From Candidatus Kapaibacterium sp. (GTDB lineage: Bacteria > Patescibacteriota > Patescibacteriia > UBA9934), in assembly GCA_044350705.1 (NCBI GenBank), contig JBILHA010000002.1, positions 30,542 through 94,541 on the forward strand: a DNA stretch of 64,000 nucleotides, read 5' to 3'. Made by a program: the position numbers and the translations under genes. Under the pieces are notes generated by a model that was not told the origin of the DNA, searched no databases, and worked only from the letters and a program-made list of their open reading frames with translations. Positions 1-9,733 of this stretch are shown here, in pieces. Within the stretch, counting starts at the first letter, position 1. Every line of letters begins with the position of its first letter.

Positions 1-872
1 TCAAAGAATCCCGCCACCTCTTTCAAGGTGTCCGCAGAAACTCCAGGCGCTGTTTTAAAACCCCACATCTGCAACACATCAATCATTGCGGATTGCGTGC
101 GGAGATCCACGCCGTCCTCAATGCGCCACGCAAAAAATGAAAGCGGGCGAGATGCCGCAATGGACGGATCAAGCTGACGAATACTTCCCGCGGCAATATT
201 TCGCGGATTTGCGAACTTTTCCTCCCCTCGCTCTTCACGCTCCTTATTCATTTTTTCAAATGCTTTTTTTGGAACGTACACTTCCCCACGAATTTCTACA
301 CGGCCATTTGCCGATGCACTTAAAGACGCCATGCGCTCAGGCATCCCGAATTTCTTTGCCCATGCCGCGATTTCTTTTTCATCTGGTGTGCGGAGCGTCA
401 GGGGCACCGCATCAATAGTGCGAATGTTCTGCGTCACGTCTTCACCGATAAGTCCATCACCCCGCGTTGCTGCAGTGCTGAGTTCCCCATTCTCGTACAC
501 CAAAGAGACCGCCAGACCATCAATCTTGAGCATGGCATACCAGGAAGGCAAATGCCCTTCGTTCAATTTTTGGATGCGCGCAGCCCACGACTCCACCTCT
601 TCAAAGGAGAAAGCATCTTCCATGGAAAGCATGGGACGCTGATGGGTAATTTTTTTAAATTTAGGCAGTGCAGTGCCGGCAACGCGCTGGGTGGGAGAAT
701 GTGACGTGATGAGTTCAGGAAACTGCTGCTCAAGTGCATACAGCTCGTGCTTCAGTGAATCAAGCGCTGACTCGGGAATCTCAAGTGCATCGAGAACATG
801 ATATTGATAGCGATACTTATCAATACTTTCACGCAGTTTTTCAATGCGTTCTGCCGCCTGTTCTTTGGTCAT
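1..872 (-). CDS. ligA: NAD-dependent DNA ligase LigA, N-terminal part (gene continues beyond window start)
   Basis: Reverse-strand translation from ATG (cat 870-872) gives MTKEQAAERIEKLRESIDKYRYQYHVLDALEIPESALDSLKHELYALEQQFPELITSHSPTQRV...KIDGLAVSLVYENGELSTAATRGDG: classic LigA N-terminus with the KxDG adenylation motif; no stop before position 1. Confidence 0.85.
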   Translation of the reverse strand, partial: MTKEQAAERIEKLRESIDKYRYQYHVLDALEIPESALDSLKHELYALEQQFPELITSHSPTQRVAGTALPKFKKITHQRPMLSMEDAFSFEEVESWAARIQKLNEGHLPSWYAMLKIDGLAVSLVYENGELSTAATRGDGLIGEDVTQNIRTIDAVPLTLRTPDEKEIAAWAKKFGMPERMASLSASANGRVEIRGEVYVPKKAFEKMNKEREERGEEKFANPRNIAAGSIRQLDPSIAASRPLSFFAWRIEDGVDLRTQSAMIDVLQMWGFKTAPGVSADTLKEVAGFF

Positions 873-924
873 AGAATGCACCTATTTTAGCAGCCTTCAA
901 GAGAAGAAACAATTTTTTTCCTAT

Positions 925-957
925 ACAAAAACTGCAGTTTTTATCTGCAGTTTTTAT
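925..957. terminator. Palindromic aaaaactgcagttttt hairpin plus repeated ctgcagttttta; likely terminator of pilD transcript / upstream region of ligA
   Basis: Perfect palindrome 927-942 followed by a second ctgcagtttttat copy; T-runs on both strands; lies between end of 964..1767(-) and start of ligA(-). Confidence 0.4.
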
Positions 958-963
958 CCTGAT

Positions 964-1767
964 TTAGGTAAGTGGCACGAGATCAAAATACCAGGCGAGC
1001 ATTTTTTCACCCCAGAGCATCATGACCACAATAGCTACCACCATAAAGGTTCCAAACGGAACGTGATCGGTCATTTTTGCGCGACGGAAAAAGAGCAGGT
1101 GAATCCCTACGATCGCTCCTAAAATGTAGGAGAGTACCAACGAAGCGACACCGATCCACGGGCCAAGCAGTGCACCCATAAGGAAACCTACCCGCACATC
1201 TCCTCCGCCTACCCACTTTCCTGCCGATGCGAGGGTTTGGAATGCAAAGAATGATGCGATCAAGAGCGCGCCCAAAAGGATCTGCAACGGCGGCAATCCA
1301 AGCATCATATTGAAAAGGAGCGCAACACCGATTGCAGGGAGAGAAAGCTTATCAGGGATTACTGAAGCGAGCGCGTCAAATAGAAAAATATACACCAAAG
1401 ATACACTTACAAGCGCATCGCGTAAGAAGAGCAGGAAGTATTCCGTCGAAGAAACATACTCAGGAATCCAAATGCTAAAAATGATGCGCACAGCGAATAC
1501 CATAAAGAGGAGCGCAAGCGCCCCCTCCGTTGCTGCGTAGTGCCAAGGCACCACCGCGCGACATTTGCGGCACTGTCCCTTCAGACGCATATGCCCTACC
1601 ACAGGAAACATGTCCGCGACTCCTACGGGATGCGCGCATACCGCGCATGCACGACGAGAAAGCACCGCCTGGCCAGAAGGCGATCGAGCTACAAGAGCGT
1701 TCATGAGTGCGCCCGTGAGCAGTCCTGCTCCTCCCGCAAGGAGGATGAGTGCTATTTCAGCCAACAT
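964..1767 (-). CDS. pilD: Type IV prepilin leader peptidase (A24 family, PilD-like)
   Basis: 267 aa polytopic membrane protein; N-terminal tetra-Cys CxxC...CxxC (CAVCAHP...CRKCRAV) zinc motif and GGGDVRVGFLMG matching the GGGDVKL region of PilD/GspO. Confidence 0.8.
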   Translation of the reverse strand: MLAEIALILLAGGAGLLTGALMNALVARSPSGQAVLSRRACAVCAHPVGVADMFPVVGHMRLKGQCRKCRAVVPWHYAATEGALALLFMVFAVRIIFSIWIPEYVSSTEYFLLFLRDALVSVSLVYIFLFDALASVIPDKLSLPAIGVALLFNMMLGLPPLQILLGALLIASFFAFQTLASAGKWVGGGDVRVGFLMGALLGPWIGVASLVLSYILGAIVGIHLLFFRRAKMTDHVPFGTFMVVAIVVMMLWGEKMLAWYFDLVPLT

Positions 1768-1776
1768 AGAAAAATA

Positions 1777-2292
1777 TTATGGGGTCGTGGCTCCTTCCTC
1801 TTCGGCTGTATATACCTGACACACTCCTGCAGAGAATCCATTTTCCGTGAGACAGTTTGCTCCTTTTTGCAGTCCCAGTTCCGCATTGGCGGATTCTAAT
1901 TCGAATTGGATGCGGAACGTTTCTTTATCAGAAGCGTAACAGTAGGCATTTTCTTTCCCTCCACAAGAAGAGAGATCCTTGAGTCCTTGTGCTGGCGTTT
2001 CAGGAACAAATTCAAGATAAGGCTCTGCGTCCGCTCCGCAAGGAGAAGAGAATCCCTCTGCGGCTAGGCACGCGGTCGCAACTTGTCCAAGCGGAATCGC
2101 CATGGCGGCCTCTGGATAGACTCCTTGCTCCATATAGAACAAATCGAGTCCGATCTGCATTTCTCGCATGTGCGCAATGCGTGTGACATCCCGCAATTGC
2201 GATCGGGCGTTAAGTACAAGAAATCCTGAAATTACTCCCAAAATTCCAATGACCGTTCCTATCGCGAGTACCTCTGTTCTATGCATAGACAT
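1777..2292 (-). CDS. Pilin/pseudopilin-like protein (N-terminal hydrophobic helix, GspG-like alpha-beta region)
   Basis: 171 aa; N-terminal TM helix with a Glu (..RTEVLAIGTVIGILGV..) then ARSQLRDVTRIAHMREMQIGLDLFYMEQGVYP resembling the pseudopilin ..tALelYrlDnGrYP block; lies immediately upstream of pilD. Confidence 0.5.
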   Translation of the reverse strand: MSMHRTEVLAIGTVIGILGVISGFLVLNARSQLRDVTRIAHMREMQIGLDLFYMEQGVYPEAAMAIPLGQVATACLAAEGFSSPCGADAEPYLEFVPETPAQGLKDLSSCGGKENAYCYASDKETFRIQFELESANAELGLQKGANCLTENGFSAGVCQVYTAEEEGATTP

Positions 2293-2295
2293 GAT

Positions 2296-2670
2296 TTATG
2301 GCAATTCTTTTCCTGCTCGTCGTACAATATCTCCCGGCGTTTGGTGTCCGCGGAGCGCTATGGTTGCGGCACCGGCTTCTAATAATCTTTCCGCCTCACC
2401 GTGACTCAGTTCATGTGCCTCTACAATAACACGGGCTTGCCGCAGGGTCGGAAGCGTCTTCCATCTTCGCAGAAGAAATTCCACCTCTTCTCGAGTCTGC
2501 ATTTCAACAACGACCACATGGGGAAGAAATTGTACCGCTCTGCGCTCTGCATCTTCTGCACGCATTGACTCTTCCACCTCCCATCCCTCTTTTTCAAATC
2601 TGCGCGCAAGTACCCCCCGGTACAACGCGTCTGATGCAAGCACGATAACACGAGGTTCGCGCGAGTTCAT
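2296..2670 (-). CDS. Receiver (CheY-like) domain protein, possibly atypical
   Basis: ATG at 2670 overlaps the PilM stop (ATGA). The alternating beta/alpha pattern (RVIVLASD..., HVVVVEMQ..., VIVEAHE...) fits a REC fold, but the phospho-acceptor position appears to be Glu, not Asp. Confidence 0.4.
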   Translation of the reverse strand: MNSREPRVIVLASDALYRGVLARRFEKEGWEVEESMRAEDAERRAVQFLPHVVVVEMQTREEVEFLLRRWKTLPTLRQARVIVEAHELSHGEAERLLEAGAATIALRGHQTPGDIVRRAGKELP

Positions 2671-3779
2671 AACACGCCTTTTTCCATTATCCGCAATGCC
2701 AATCCCGCCGCAACGCACAAACGAGGCCCCACTTCTTCAAGAATGGGCTTTGCTTCGGGAGGCGCTGCAATACGGGCCCAAGGGTTCCCAATATACACAT
2801 TCACATTCAATGCTGAAGTGAAGTATGGATCAATACCCGGCAAATGCGCGGATCCTCCGGTGATGAGAATTTTTTCTACTGTTCTATGATCATGAAATGA
2901 CTGATCTGCGTATACCTGTAAGGCGTACTTCATTTCGTGAACAATGGGTTGCAATGCGTCCTGCAGCGGCTTTGGGAGCACTGCAGCACCATATCCTAAA
3001 TCACGCTTTGCAAGTTCGGCTTCTACCTCTGAAATACTCATGCTCTTCGCGAGCGCCTTTGTGATCTCCTCGCCCCCGCCTTTAATTCCTCTTGTAAGAA
3101 AAGGGATTCCCCCATCTGCAATAACAACATTCGTACGCTTTCCTCCCATATCGACGATCATGATTTGCGCATCCTCTTCGGATACCAAAGACCGCACCAA
3201 GGACATCACTTCGGTTTCTAAAGAGATGAGCTCAATACCAGCCTTTGCGAAGAGATCAAGATATTTCTGGATTAAGGTTTTGGGTGCTCCGGTAAGGAAA
3301 ATGCGAATAAATCGTTCCTTTTCTCCTTTGATTACTTCGGATTTTCCTGCATTTTTGAGCGCCTCTTTATCGAGCACTACAGAATCAAGCACCATTTCTT
3401 CCACAGGGAGAGGGAAAACCTTCTTTGCCTGCGCTTCGATAGCGGGACGCAGATCTTCTGTGGGTGAAGACGGAAGTGGAATACTAATAATCGTGTGAAA
3501 GACTTCTGAAGCCGGGAGAGCGGCAACCGCTTTTTTCGCCCTTACTCCCGCCTCTTTACATACCCGTTTTATCAGATCGGCAACCCGGGAAGGATCTGCA
3601 AGGGAAGACAAATCTCCCTGGAGCGCAGGAACCTCCGCATATCCATACGTCGTCAAACGAGGCTTCTCTTTTTCTACGGTGAGCTCCACTACTTTCACCC
3701 CGGTTGTTCCAATATCAATACCGAGTAACCCAGTAAAGACCGGTTCTGTCGTTTTCTTCGATCCCCCAAAAAGTGCCAT
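2667..3779 (-). CDS. pilM: Type IV pilus assembly ATPase-like protein PilM (actin/FtsA fold)
   Basis: 370 aa; LLGIDIGTTGVKVVELTVEKEKPRLTTYGYAEVP matches the PilM N-terminal signature (GiDiGsssiKlvEL...y..ep.p); actin-fold glycine motifs (MIVDMGGKRTNVVIAD, ILITGGSAHLPG); pilus gene neighbourhood. Confidence 0.6.
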   Translation of the reverse strand: MALFGGSKKTTEPVFTGLLGIDIGTTGVKVVELTVEKEKPRLTTYGYAEVPALQGDLSSLADPSRVADLIKRVCKEAGVRAKKAVAALPASEVFHTIISIPLPSSPTEDLRPAIEAQAKKVFPLPVEEMVLDSVVLDKEALKNAGKSEVIKGEKERFIRIFLTGAPKTLIQKYLDLFAKAGIELISLETEVMSLVRSLVSEEDAQIMIVDMGGKRTNVVIADGGIPFLTRGIKGGGEEITKALAKSMSISEVEAELAKRDLGYGAAVLPKPLQDALQPIVHEMKYALQVYADQSFHDHRTVEKILITGGSAHLPGIDPYFTSALNVNVYIGNPWARIAAPPEAKPILEEVGPRLCVAAGLALRIMEKGVL

Positions 3780-3808
3780 ATGGGGAAAGTATAGCAGAAA
3801 AGCCCTCC

Positions 3809-4528
3809 CTACTTTTTCTCTCCTCTTCTATATGCAGTAGCCAAACAATCCGCGTATTCGTTCCAACGATTTCCTGCATGTGCCTTAATCCATGCCAACT
3901 TAATTTCTGGGCGCTTCTGCAATGTTTCGTGCACTTCCTGCACTAATTCAAGATTTTTGATCGCTTCTTTCTTTTTCCCCCGCGTCCACCCCTGTGCTTC
4001 CCAGTTTTTCGCCCAGAGCGTAAACGTTTTTACGCAGAGCTCGCTGTCTGAATAGACGGTCGTTGGGACTCCATGGGGAACAAGCCGAAATGCCGCAAGT
4101 AAGCCCATGAGCTCCATGCGGTTATTCGTGGTATGCGGCTCGTGTCCTGATTCTTCTGCAAGAATCTGATTCTCTACTACATAAACCGCTCCCCATCCTC
4201 CAGGTCCCGGGTTTGGCTCTGCAGCGCCATCAGTAAATACTCCTGTAAGAGGACCTCCCGTGTACTTCTCGAGCACTTCCTCTCGGGTGAGATTTTCTTC
4301 TTGGGCGGAAGATGATTTCTTGCACTTCATGCAGGTACTCGGTTTCCAATTAGGATATTTTGCAAGCGTCGCGGCAGGAAGAGAAAAGGTCTTCTCGCAT
4401 ACCTTGCAAAGAAATGAGGGGATGGACATACGTCCCACACTGTACACCAAGATTTCTTCCCCCTTAAAATACCCCTCTTTCTCGGAAGAAATTCTTTTCC
4501 AAGTCACGAGAGCATAAGCACGAATCAT
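3809..4528 (-). CDS. rnhA: Ribonuclease HI with an N-terminal Cys4 zinc-ribbon extension
   Basis: C-terminal 150 aa carry RNase HI motifs (VFTDGAAEPNPGPGGWGAVY, TTNNRMELMGLLAAF, TVYSDSELCV, WIKAHAGNRWNEYADCLA); N-terminal ~70 aa contain CKVC...CMKC. Confidence 0.85.
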   Translation of the reverse strand: MIRAYALVTWKRISSEKEGYFKGEEILVYSVGRMSIPSFLCKVCEKTFSLPAATLAKYPNWKPSTCMKCKKSSSAQEENLTREEVLEKYTGGPLTGVFTDGAAEPNPGPGGWGAVYVVENQILAEESGHEPHTTNNRMELMGLLAAFRLVPHGVPTTVYSDSELCVKTFTLWAKNWEAQGWTRGKKKEAIKNLELVQEVHETLQKRPEIKLAWIKAHAGNRWNEYADCLATAYRRGEKK

Positions 4529-4542
4529 CCGCTCTCATGTTC

Positions 4543-6354
4543 TTATTTCGCTCTTCGAATATCGAGCATACGATACTGAAGCGACCGTTTTCCATTCCAG
4601 GTGTTCACTTCGACTTCGTATGCAATATCTACCCGATCTCCCATGCGCAAGTGAGGAGCAAGGTGACCGAAACCAAACCCCACGAATGTCACTTGTCTTC
4701 CCCCCTCTTCTCGCACTTTACAGCGTAAATGCGCGTTCGTAGACCCCATCCGTATCGTTTCTTCGAGCACGAGATTTCTTGCGGCAAAAATGGGCGAACG
4801 ATTTCCTTCTCCAAAAGGCGCGCAACGGGAAAGATCTCCATACATCTCCCATGAAACCTCCGATGGCGCATATACCGCGTCAATCGCTAAGGTGTCACGA
4901 GGCCCCTCGCTTCCATAATAGGAACGAGCGAATGCATTCCCCCGTTCACGAAATGCTTGCACCATGTCTGGTCCTTTGAGCGTGAGTCCGCATGCCTGAG
5001 GGTGTCCTCCGCGTTTTACATACATTTCATCACCGCACGCATTCATGAGATCTACCAAATGCAATCCTCCCATACTCCTCCCTGAGCCCACTACATGGTC
5101 CCCTACATTCGTCAGTGCAAATGCAGGCTTCCCAAAATCATTCTGCAGTCTTCCGGCAATAAGTCCTACAATACCCGGAGCCCAATGTGGCGCATATGCG
5201 ACGAGAAGCTGGTCATCCATGCACTGTGCACGCACTTGCTCCTCTGCTTCTTTATACATCTGCTGGAATACCGCCTGGCGTTCACGGTTCATACGCTCCA
5301 GTACCGCCGCCTTCTCTCCTGCTTCTTCGGGATTTTTCGCGGCGAGCGCTTCAAACGCAGCTGCAGCGGATGCCATGCGTCCTGCGGCATTGAGCCGAGG
5401 CCCAATACGAAATCCGATTGCCGTTGTATCAATCTCTGAAAATTCCGTTCCGCTCATTTCAATAAGGGCCCGCAATCCTGGGCGTCTCGTTTTTTGCAAT
5501 ACCCGTAGTCCATAGTATTCCAAGACACGGTTTTCACCCGTGAGCGGCATCACGTCGGTCACGGTTGCAATGGCTACTAAATCTAAAAACCACTTTTCAT
5601 ATCCCTGCGGGAACGTTGCACCACGCTTCTGCGCTTCAATAATGAGCGCGGAAGCAAACTTAAAGGCTACTCCCGTCCCACAAAGCGTTTTATTGGGATA
5701 GGTTTCGTTTGGCGCCAAGGGATGCAGCACGATTGCCTGATCAGGATAATACTGCCCGAGCTGATGGTGATCGCAGACAATCACCTGCATTCCTCGCTCA
5801 TGCGCTCGACCAAGCTCAAGACCATTCGCGATCCCGCAATCTACGGTAATGAGAAGGTCCGTTCCTTCGTCTCCCAAGCGATCAACGGTATGCATCGCAA
5901 CGCCATATCCATCCTTTTCTCTCTCCGGAAGAAACGCGACAATATTCGGTGACCATCCAAGCTTTGCCGCAATCTCGTGCAGCGCACCATGCAGGAGTGT
6001 CGTACCGCTTACTCCATCTGCATCATAGTCTCCATGAATGACGATCCGCTTTCCTGATTGCAAAGCATGAAGCGCAACATCAACCGCCTCTTGCATACGG
6101 GTAAACGCAAACGGACTATACGTTCCTTCTTCCCAGGAAGGATTCATGAATTTTTCTTTTTCCTGGGGAGCTATTCCTCGGTTTACCAAAAGCTGCGCAA
6201 GAAGGTCATCTTGCGTACGCTCAGCGATTTTCCACACTTTTTGTGAGAAGTCTTTTTCTAAAATAGGGCCTAACCTTAGCAGATTTTTACATTCCGCCAA
6301 GGGAGATATCCCGAGGAAGAAAACCCTGTATTTACAAGCAAGAAACCAATTCAT
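4543..6354 (-). CDS. recJ: Single-stranded-DNA-specific exonuclease RecJ
   Basis: 603 aa; DHH motif RIVIHGDYDADGVSGTTLL, DHHQ, GGGH-like GHPQACG, C-terminal OB-fold region; typical RecJ length. Confidence 0.9.
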   Translation of the reverse strand: MNWFLACKYRVFFLGISPLAECKNLLRLGPILEKDFSQKVWKIAERTQDDLLAQLLVNRGIAPQEKEKFMNPSWEEGTYSPFAFTRMQEAVDVALHALQSGKRIVIHGDYDADGVSGTTLLHGALHEIAAKLGWSPNIVAFLPEREKDGYGVAMHTVDRLGDEGTDLLITVDCGIANGLELGRAHERGMQVIVCDHHQLGQYYPDQAIVLHPLAPNETYPNKTLCGTGVAFKFASALIIEAQKRGATFPQGYEKWFLDLVAIATVTDVMPLTGENRVLEYYGLRVLQKTRRPGLRALIEMSGTEFSEIDTTAIGFRIGPRLNAAGRMASAAAAFEALAAKNPEEAGEKAAVLERMNRERQAVFQQMYKEAEEQVRAQCMDDQLLVAYAPHWAPGIVGLIAGRLQNDFGKPAFALTNVGDHVVGSGRSMGGLHLVDLMNACGDEMYVKRGGHPQACGLTLKGPDMVQAFRERGNAFARSYYGSEGPRDTLAIDAVYAPSEVSWEMYGDLSRCAPFGEGNRSPIFAARNLVLEETIRMGSTNAHLRCKVREEGGRQVTFVGFGFGHLAPHLRMGDRVDIAYEVEVNTWNGKRSLQYRMLDIRRAK

Positions 6355-6964
6355 CTCCCTCTATACTCCACTTCCTTTTTTCTCCATCTGTCGTCGTAAT
6401 CACGAGCTGATTTGCATCAATCGAAAACTCTCCCGCTCTTTTGCCCTGAATTCCATAGAGCACTATGGCACCATTTCGGGCATCAAGTATTGCGTGACCT
6501 ACACAAGCATCGCGTCGACTTCCACATCCCCACGTAGAAACGATATACGAACCCGCAAAATTCACTCCTCGTGAAACATCTTTCGTGATCGCGCTGCGAT
6601 ATTTTGACGCATCAGGCCAGGTAGAAAAGTCTACCCGCGCTACTCTTCCTTCATATTTTTCCATTTTTCGTTCTGTGCACGTTTCAGATTGTGCCATCTC
6701 CTTTTTTGTTTCTTCCCAACCTTCAAACGCAATAAAGTTTCCATCGACAAATTGTAAAAGCCCGTCACCCGGCGTCATGCACAGGGGAAAAGCTGAGCCA
6801 TGCACCCATGCCCCGCCTCGCGCCGCACACAGTGCCGAAATATCAAAATCTGCACCTGTCTTCGTCTGCGGATAAAGAAAAGAAGCCCCTGTCCCCAATG
6901 CTCCGCTGAGCAAACTCCCAATAAACATTCCCAGGAGTTTCATAGAGAAGAGAAAAAGAATCAT
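6332..6964 (-). CDS. Hypothetical secreted protein (signal peptide, several Cys)
   Basis: 210 aa ORF starting ATG 6964, overlapping the murG stop by 1 nt; N-terminal hydrophobic signal MKLLGMFIGSLLSGALG; no recognisable family. Confidence 0.4.
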   Translation of the reverse strand: MILFLFSMKLLGMFIGSLLSGALGTGASFLYPQTKTGADFDISALCAARGGAWVHGSAFPLCMTPGDGLLQFVDGNFIAFEGWEETKKEMAQSETCTERKMEKYEGRVARVDFSTWPDASKYRSAITKDVSRGVNFAGSYIVSTWGCGSRRDACVGHAILDARNGAIVLYGIQGKRAGEFSIDANQLVITTTDGEKRKWSIEGDELVSCL

Positions 6965-8070
6965 TATAAGATCTCTTCTTGTTGTACTTTCTTTTGTGCG
7001 AGTATCTCAAGCGCTTCATGCACAATGCGCTCATCCGCATTGACCGGAAAGATTCTTCGAAGACGTTCCGCACGTTCACTCCGATACTCTTGAGACTGCA
7101 ACATCTTGGTGATTGCTTGCAATAATACTTGCGGCGTCATATGCGAGAGGACGTCCGCAGCCTCCTGCGCTTCCAATGCTCGCGCATTTTCTTCCTGCTG
7201 CGATCCAGGGAGAGGAATGATAATGGAAGCCTTACCAAGTGCAGCCAACTCTGAAATAGTTCCCATGCCCGCACGAGCAACCACAACATCTGCGACCGCA
7301 TAGGCATCCGCGAGACCCTCATGGAGGAACTCAAGGGCAATGTAGGACTTTCCTTGCTCTTGCAATGTTTGCAACGCAGGAAGCATCTTTCCCCTTCCCG
7401 TAAGGTGGATCACATTTGCTATCCGAAGCACTTCATCAGCAATAATGAGCATTGCTTCATTCAGGGAAGCTGCTCCCGTGCCTCCCCCAAGGACTAACAG
7501 GGTCGGATACTCAGGACGAAGCCCGTATCGGTCTCGTGCACTTACTCGGTCACCCAATGCCAAGGTGCTTCTCACCATCGTCCCGACTACCGTGGTCTTC
7601 TTTGCGGGATAGGCTTCCGCGCTCTGAGGCCACGTCGTACTCATGCGCTTGGCGAACGGCGCCATGACGCGATTCGCCACACCTGGACGCACGTCGAGTT
7701 CATGCACCCACACGGGAATGCGCATCAGCCACGCTACCAGTGCCACAGGGACAGAAACATATGCCCCTGCAGAAAATACCATGTCGGGCCGTATCGCTTT
7801 GAGCATCTTCGCGGCCTTATACATGCTCCAAAGCATGTGCAACGGAATGAACGGATACGTCCACTTGCGATAGCGATTCATGCGAGGCGCAGTGAGTTCA
7901 TAAAAAGGAATTTTCGCTCCTTCAACGAGTAGTCGTTCCGGGCCCTTCGGAGTTCCTATCCAAGAACAACGCACTTCCGGATCTCTCCTGCGCCACTGTG
8001 CCGCAACCGAAAGAAGGGGGGTGACTGGCCCCAATGTCCCTCCGCCGGTAAAGAGAATGTGATGCGCCAT
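6964..8070 (-). CDS. murG: UDP-GlcNAc:undecaprenyl-PP-MurNAc-pentapeptide GlcNAc transferase MurG
   Basis: 368 aa; N-terminal ILFTGGGTLGPVTPLL (GGGTGGH-type), C-terminal GT-B with AGMGTISELAALGKASIIIP and a trailing EE pair; dcw context. Confidence 0.9.
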   Translation of the reverse strand: MAHHILFTGGGTLGPVTPLLSVAAQWRRRDPEVRCSWIGTPKGPERLLVEGAKIPFYELTAPRMNRYRKWTYPFIPLHMLWSMYKAAKMLKAIRPDMVFSAGAYVSVPVALVAWLMRIPVWVHELDVRPGVANRVMAPFAKRMSTTWPQSAEAYPAKKTTVVGTMVRSTLALGDRVSARDRYGLRPEYPTLLVLGGGTGAASLNEAMLIIADEVLRIANVIHLTGRGKMLPALQTLQEQGKSYIALEFLHEGLADAYAVADVVVARAGMGTISELAALGKASIIIPLPGSQQEENARALEAQEAADVLSHMTPQVLLQAITKMLQSQEYRSERAERLRRIFPVNADERIVHEALEILAQKKVQQEEIL

Positions 8071-8082
8071 AGAGATTTTTTT

Positions 8083-9714
8083 TTATTTCCTTCCTCTTTC
8101 CATCGCTGCTTTTACAAAAGCTCTAAATAAAGGATGAGGTGACAGTGGTCGCGATTGAAACTCTGGGTGGAATTGTACCCCAACGAAAAAAGGATGATCC
8201 TTTACTTCAACAATCTCCACCAATGTTCCATCAGGAGAGACCCCGGATATTTCTAAGCCCGCGCTCTCCAGATCTTCTTTATATGCATTGTTGAATTCGT
8301 AACGATGACGGTGACGTTCAGAAATTGCTCTTTGGGTATACGCCTTTTCTGCCGTACTCCCCTCTTTCAGATGGCAGGGATACGACCCTAAACGCAATGT
8401 TCCTCCCACGCCTGGTCCTTTCAGCTTCTCTTCCTGTCCCTGCATGAGATGAATGACGGGGTATGTACTCTTTGGATTAATCTCTTCGGTATTTGCATCG
8501 CTCCATCCAAGCTCGGTGCGCGCGAATTCAATTACCGCGCATTGCATGCCATAGCAAATTCCGAAATAAGGAATTCGGTGTTTTCTCACAAAGCGGATTG
8601 CGGCAATTTTGCCCTCTATTCCTCGAGAGCCAAATCCCCCCGGAATAAGAATGCCGTCAAATGAACGCAGTTCTTCAAGCGCGTCAGGATTCTTTTCGTA
8701 AGTTTCTGCATTCAACCATTCAATAACCGGTTTCGCATGCTGCGCCCAACTCGCATGTTTAATCGCCTCCAAAACAGAAAGATATGCATCTGAGAGCAAA
8801 AAATCTCCGGTTGAAAAATATTTCCCGATGACCCCGATGCGTACTTCTTTCTGCGAAGTTCCAATGGTCTCCACGAATTGTTCCCAGGGGGCCAGATCTG
8901 GCTTCTTTTTTCGCTTTCCGAACGCGGTGAGGACACTATCTGCAAATCCCTGCGCTTCAAACGCAAGGGGCACCTCATAAATAGAGCGTACGTTTGCTGC
9001 AGTAATAATATGTTCTTTCGCTACACCGCAAAAACGGCTGAGCTTTTCTTTCCGAGGAGCATCCAAGGCGAGCTCCGAACGACAGATGAGAAAATCGGGG
9101 GCGAGTCCTGTTCGGTTCATTTCACGCACGGCGTGTTGCGTGGGCTTTGTTTTCATTTCTCCAATCGAGGGAGGCACCGGGAGATAACTCACGAGTACCG
9201 TCTTCACTCGTTTTGGATCGTGCAGCTGCATCATGCGTACTGCTTCAAGGAAGAGAATATTTTCATACTCCCCTACCGTTCCTCCGATTTCTATGAGCGT
9301 AAAATCAGCTTTTGCTTCTTTTGCCGCCGTTTTAATACGCGCAATGACTTCTTCGGGTACGCGCGGAACCACTTCAACACATTTCCCCTCATACTCTCCT
9401 CTGCGCTCACGTTCAATAACTGAGAGATAAATACGTCCAGTCGTCATGTAGTTTTTCTTGGTAATGTCGATATCCAAGAAACGCTCGTAATTCCCGATAT
9501 CCTGATCGGTCTCATCTCCGTCTCTCGTCACAAATACTTCCCCGTGCTCAACGGGATTCATCGTGCCCGCATCCACATTCACATACGGATCAATCTTCAT
9601 GGCGGTCACCTTATAGCCCCTCGCACGCAACAGGAGACCAAGTGCTGCGGTGGATGTTCCTTTGCCTACTCCACTCATTACGCCCCCCACCACGAAAATG
9701 TAGTTATGATCCAT
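8083..9714 (-). CDS. pyrG: CTP synthase PyrG
   Basis: Start taken at ATG 9714 (MDHNYIFVVGGVMSGVGKGTSTAALG...); glutamine amidotransferase motifs (GICYGMQ, HRHRYE) in the C-terminal half; near-universal conservation. Confidence 0.95.
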   Translation of the reverse strand: MDHNYIFVVGGVMSGVGKGTSTAALGLLLRARGYKVTAMKIDPYVNVDAGTMNPVEHGEVFVTRDGDETDQDIGNYERFLDIDITKKNYMTTGRIYLSVIERERRGEYEGKCVEVVPRVPEEVIARIKTAAKEAKADFTLIEIGGTVGEYENILFLEAVRMMQLHDPKRVKTVLVSYLPVPPSIGEMKTKPTQHAVREMNRTGLAPDFLICRSELALDAPRKEKLSRFCGVAKEHIITAANVRSIYEVPLAFEAQGFADSVLTAFGKRKKKPDLAPWEQFVETIGTSQKEVRIGVIGKYFSTGDFLLSDAYLSVLEAIKHASWAQHAKPVIEWLNAETYEKNPDALEELRSFDGILIPGGFGSRGIEGKIAAIRFVRKHRIPYFGICYGMQCAVIEFARTELGWSDANTEEINPKSTYPVIHLMQGQEEKLKGPGVGGTLRLGSYPCHLKEGSTAEKAYTQRAISERHRHRYEFNNAYKEDLESAGLEISGVSPDGTLVEIVEVKDHPFFVGVQFHPEFQSRPLSPHPLFRAFVKAAMERGRK

Positions 9715-9733
9715 ACGCAAAAAATTTTTGGCA

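Noticed and set aside
86-642. Plus-strand ORFs 86-418 and 331-642
   Set aside because: They lie antisense within the clearly coding ligA frame (minus strand), start at TTG/alternative codons, and have no recognisable similarity.
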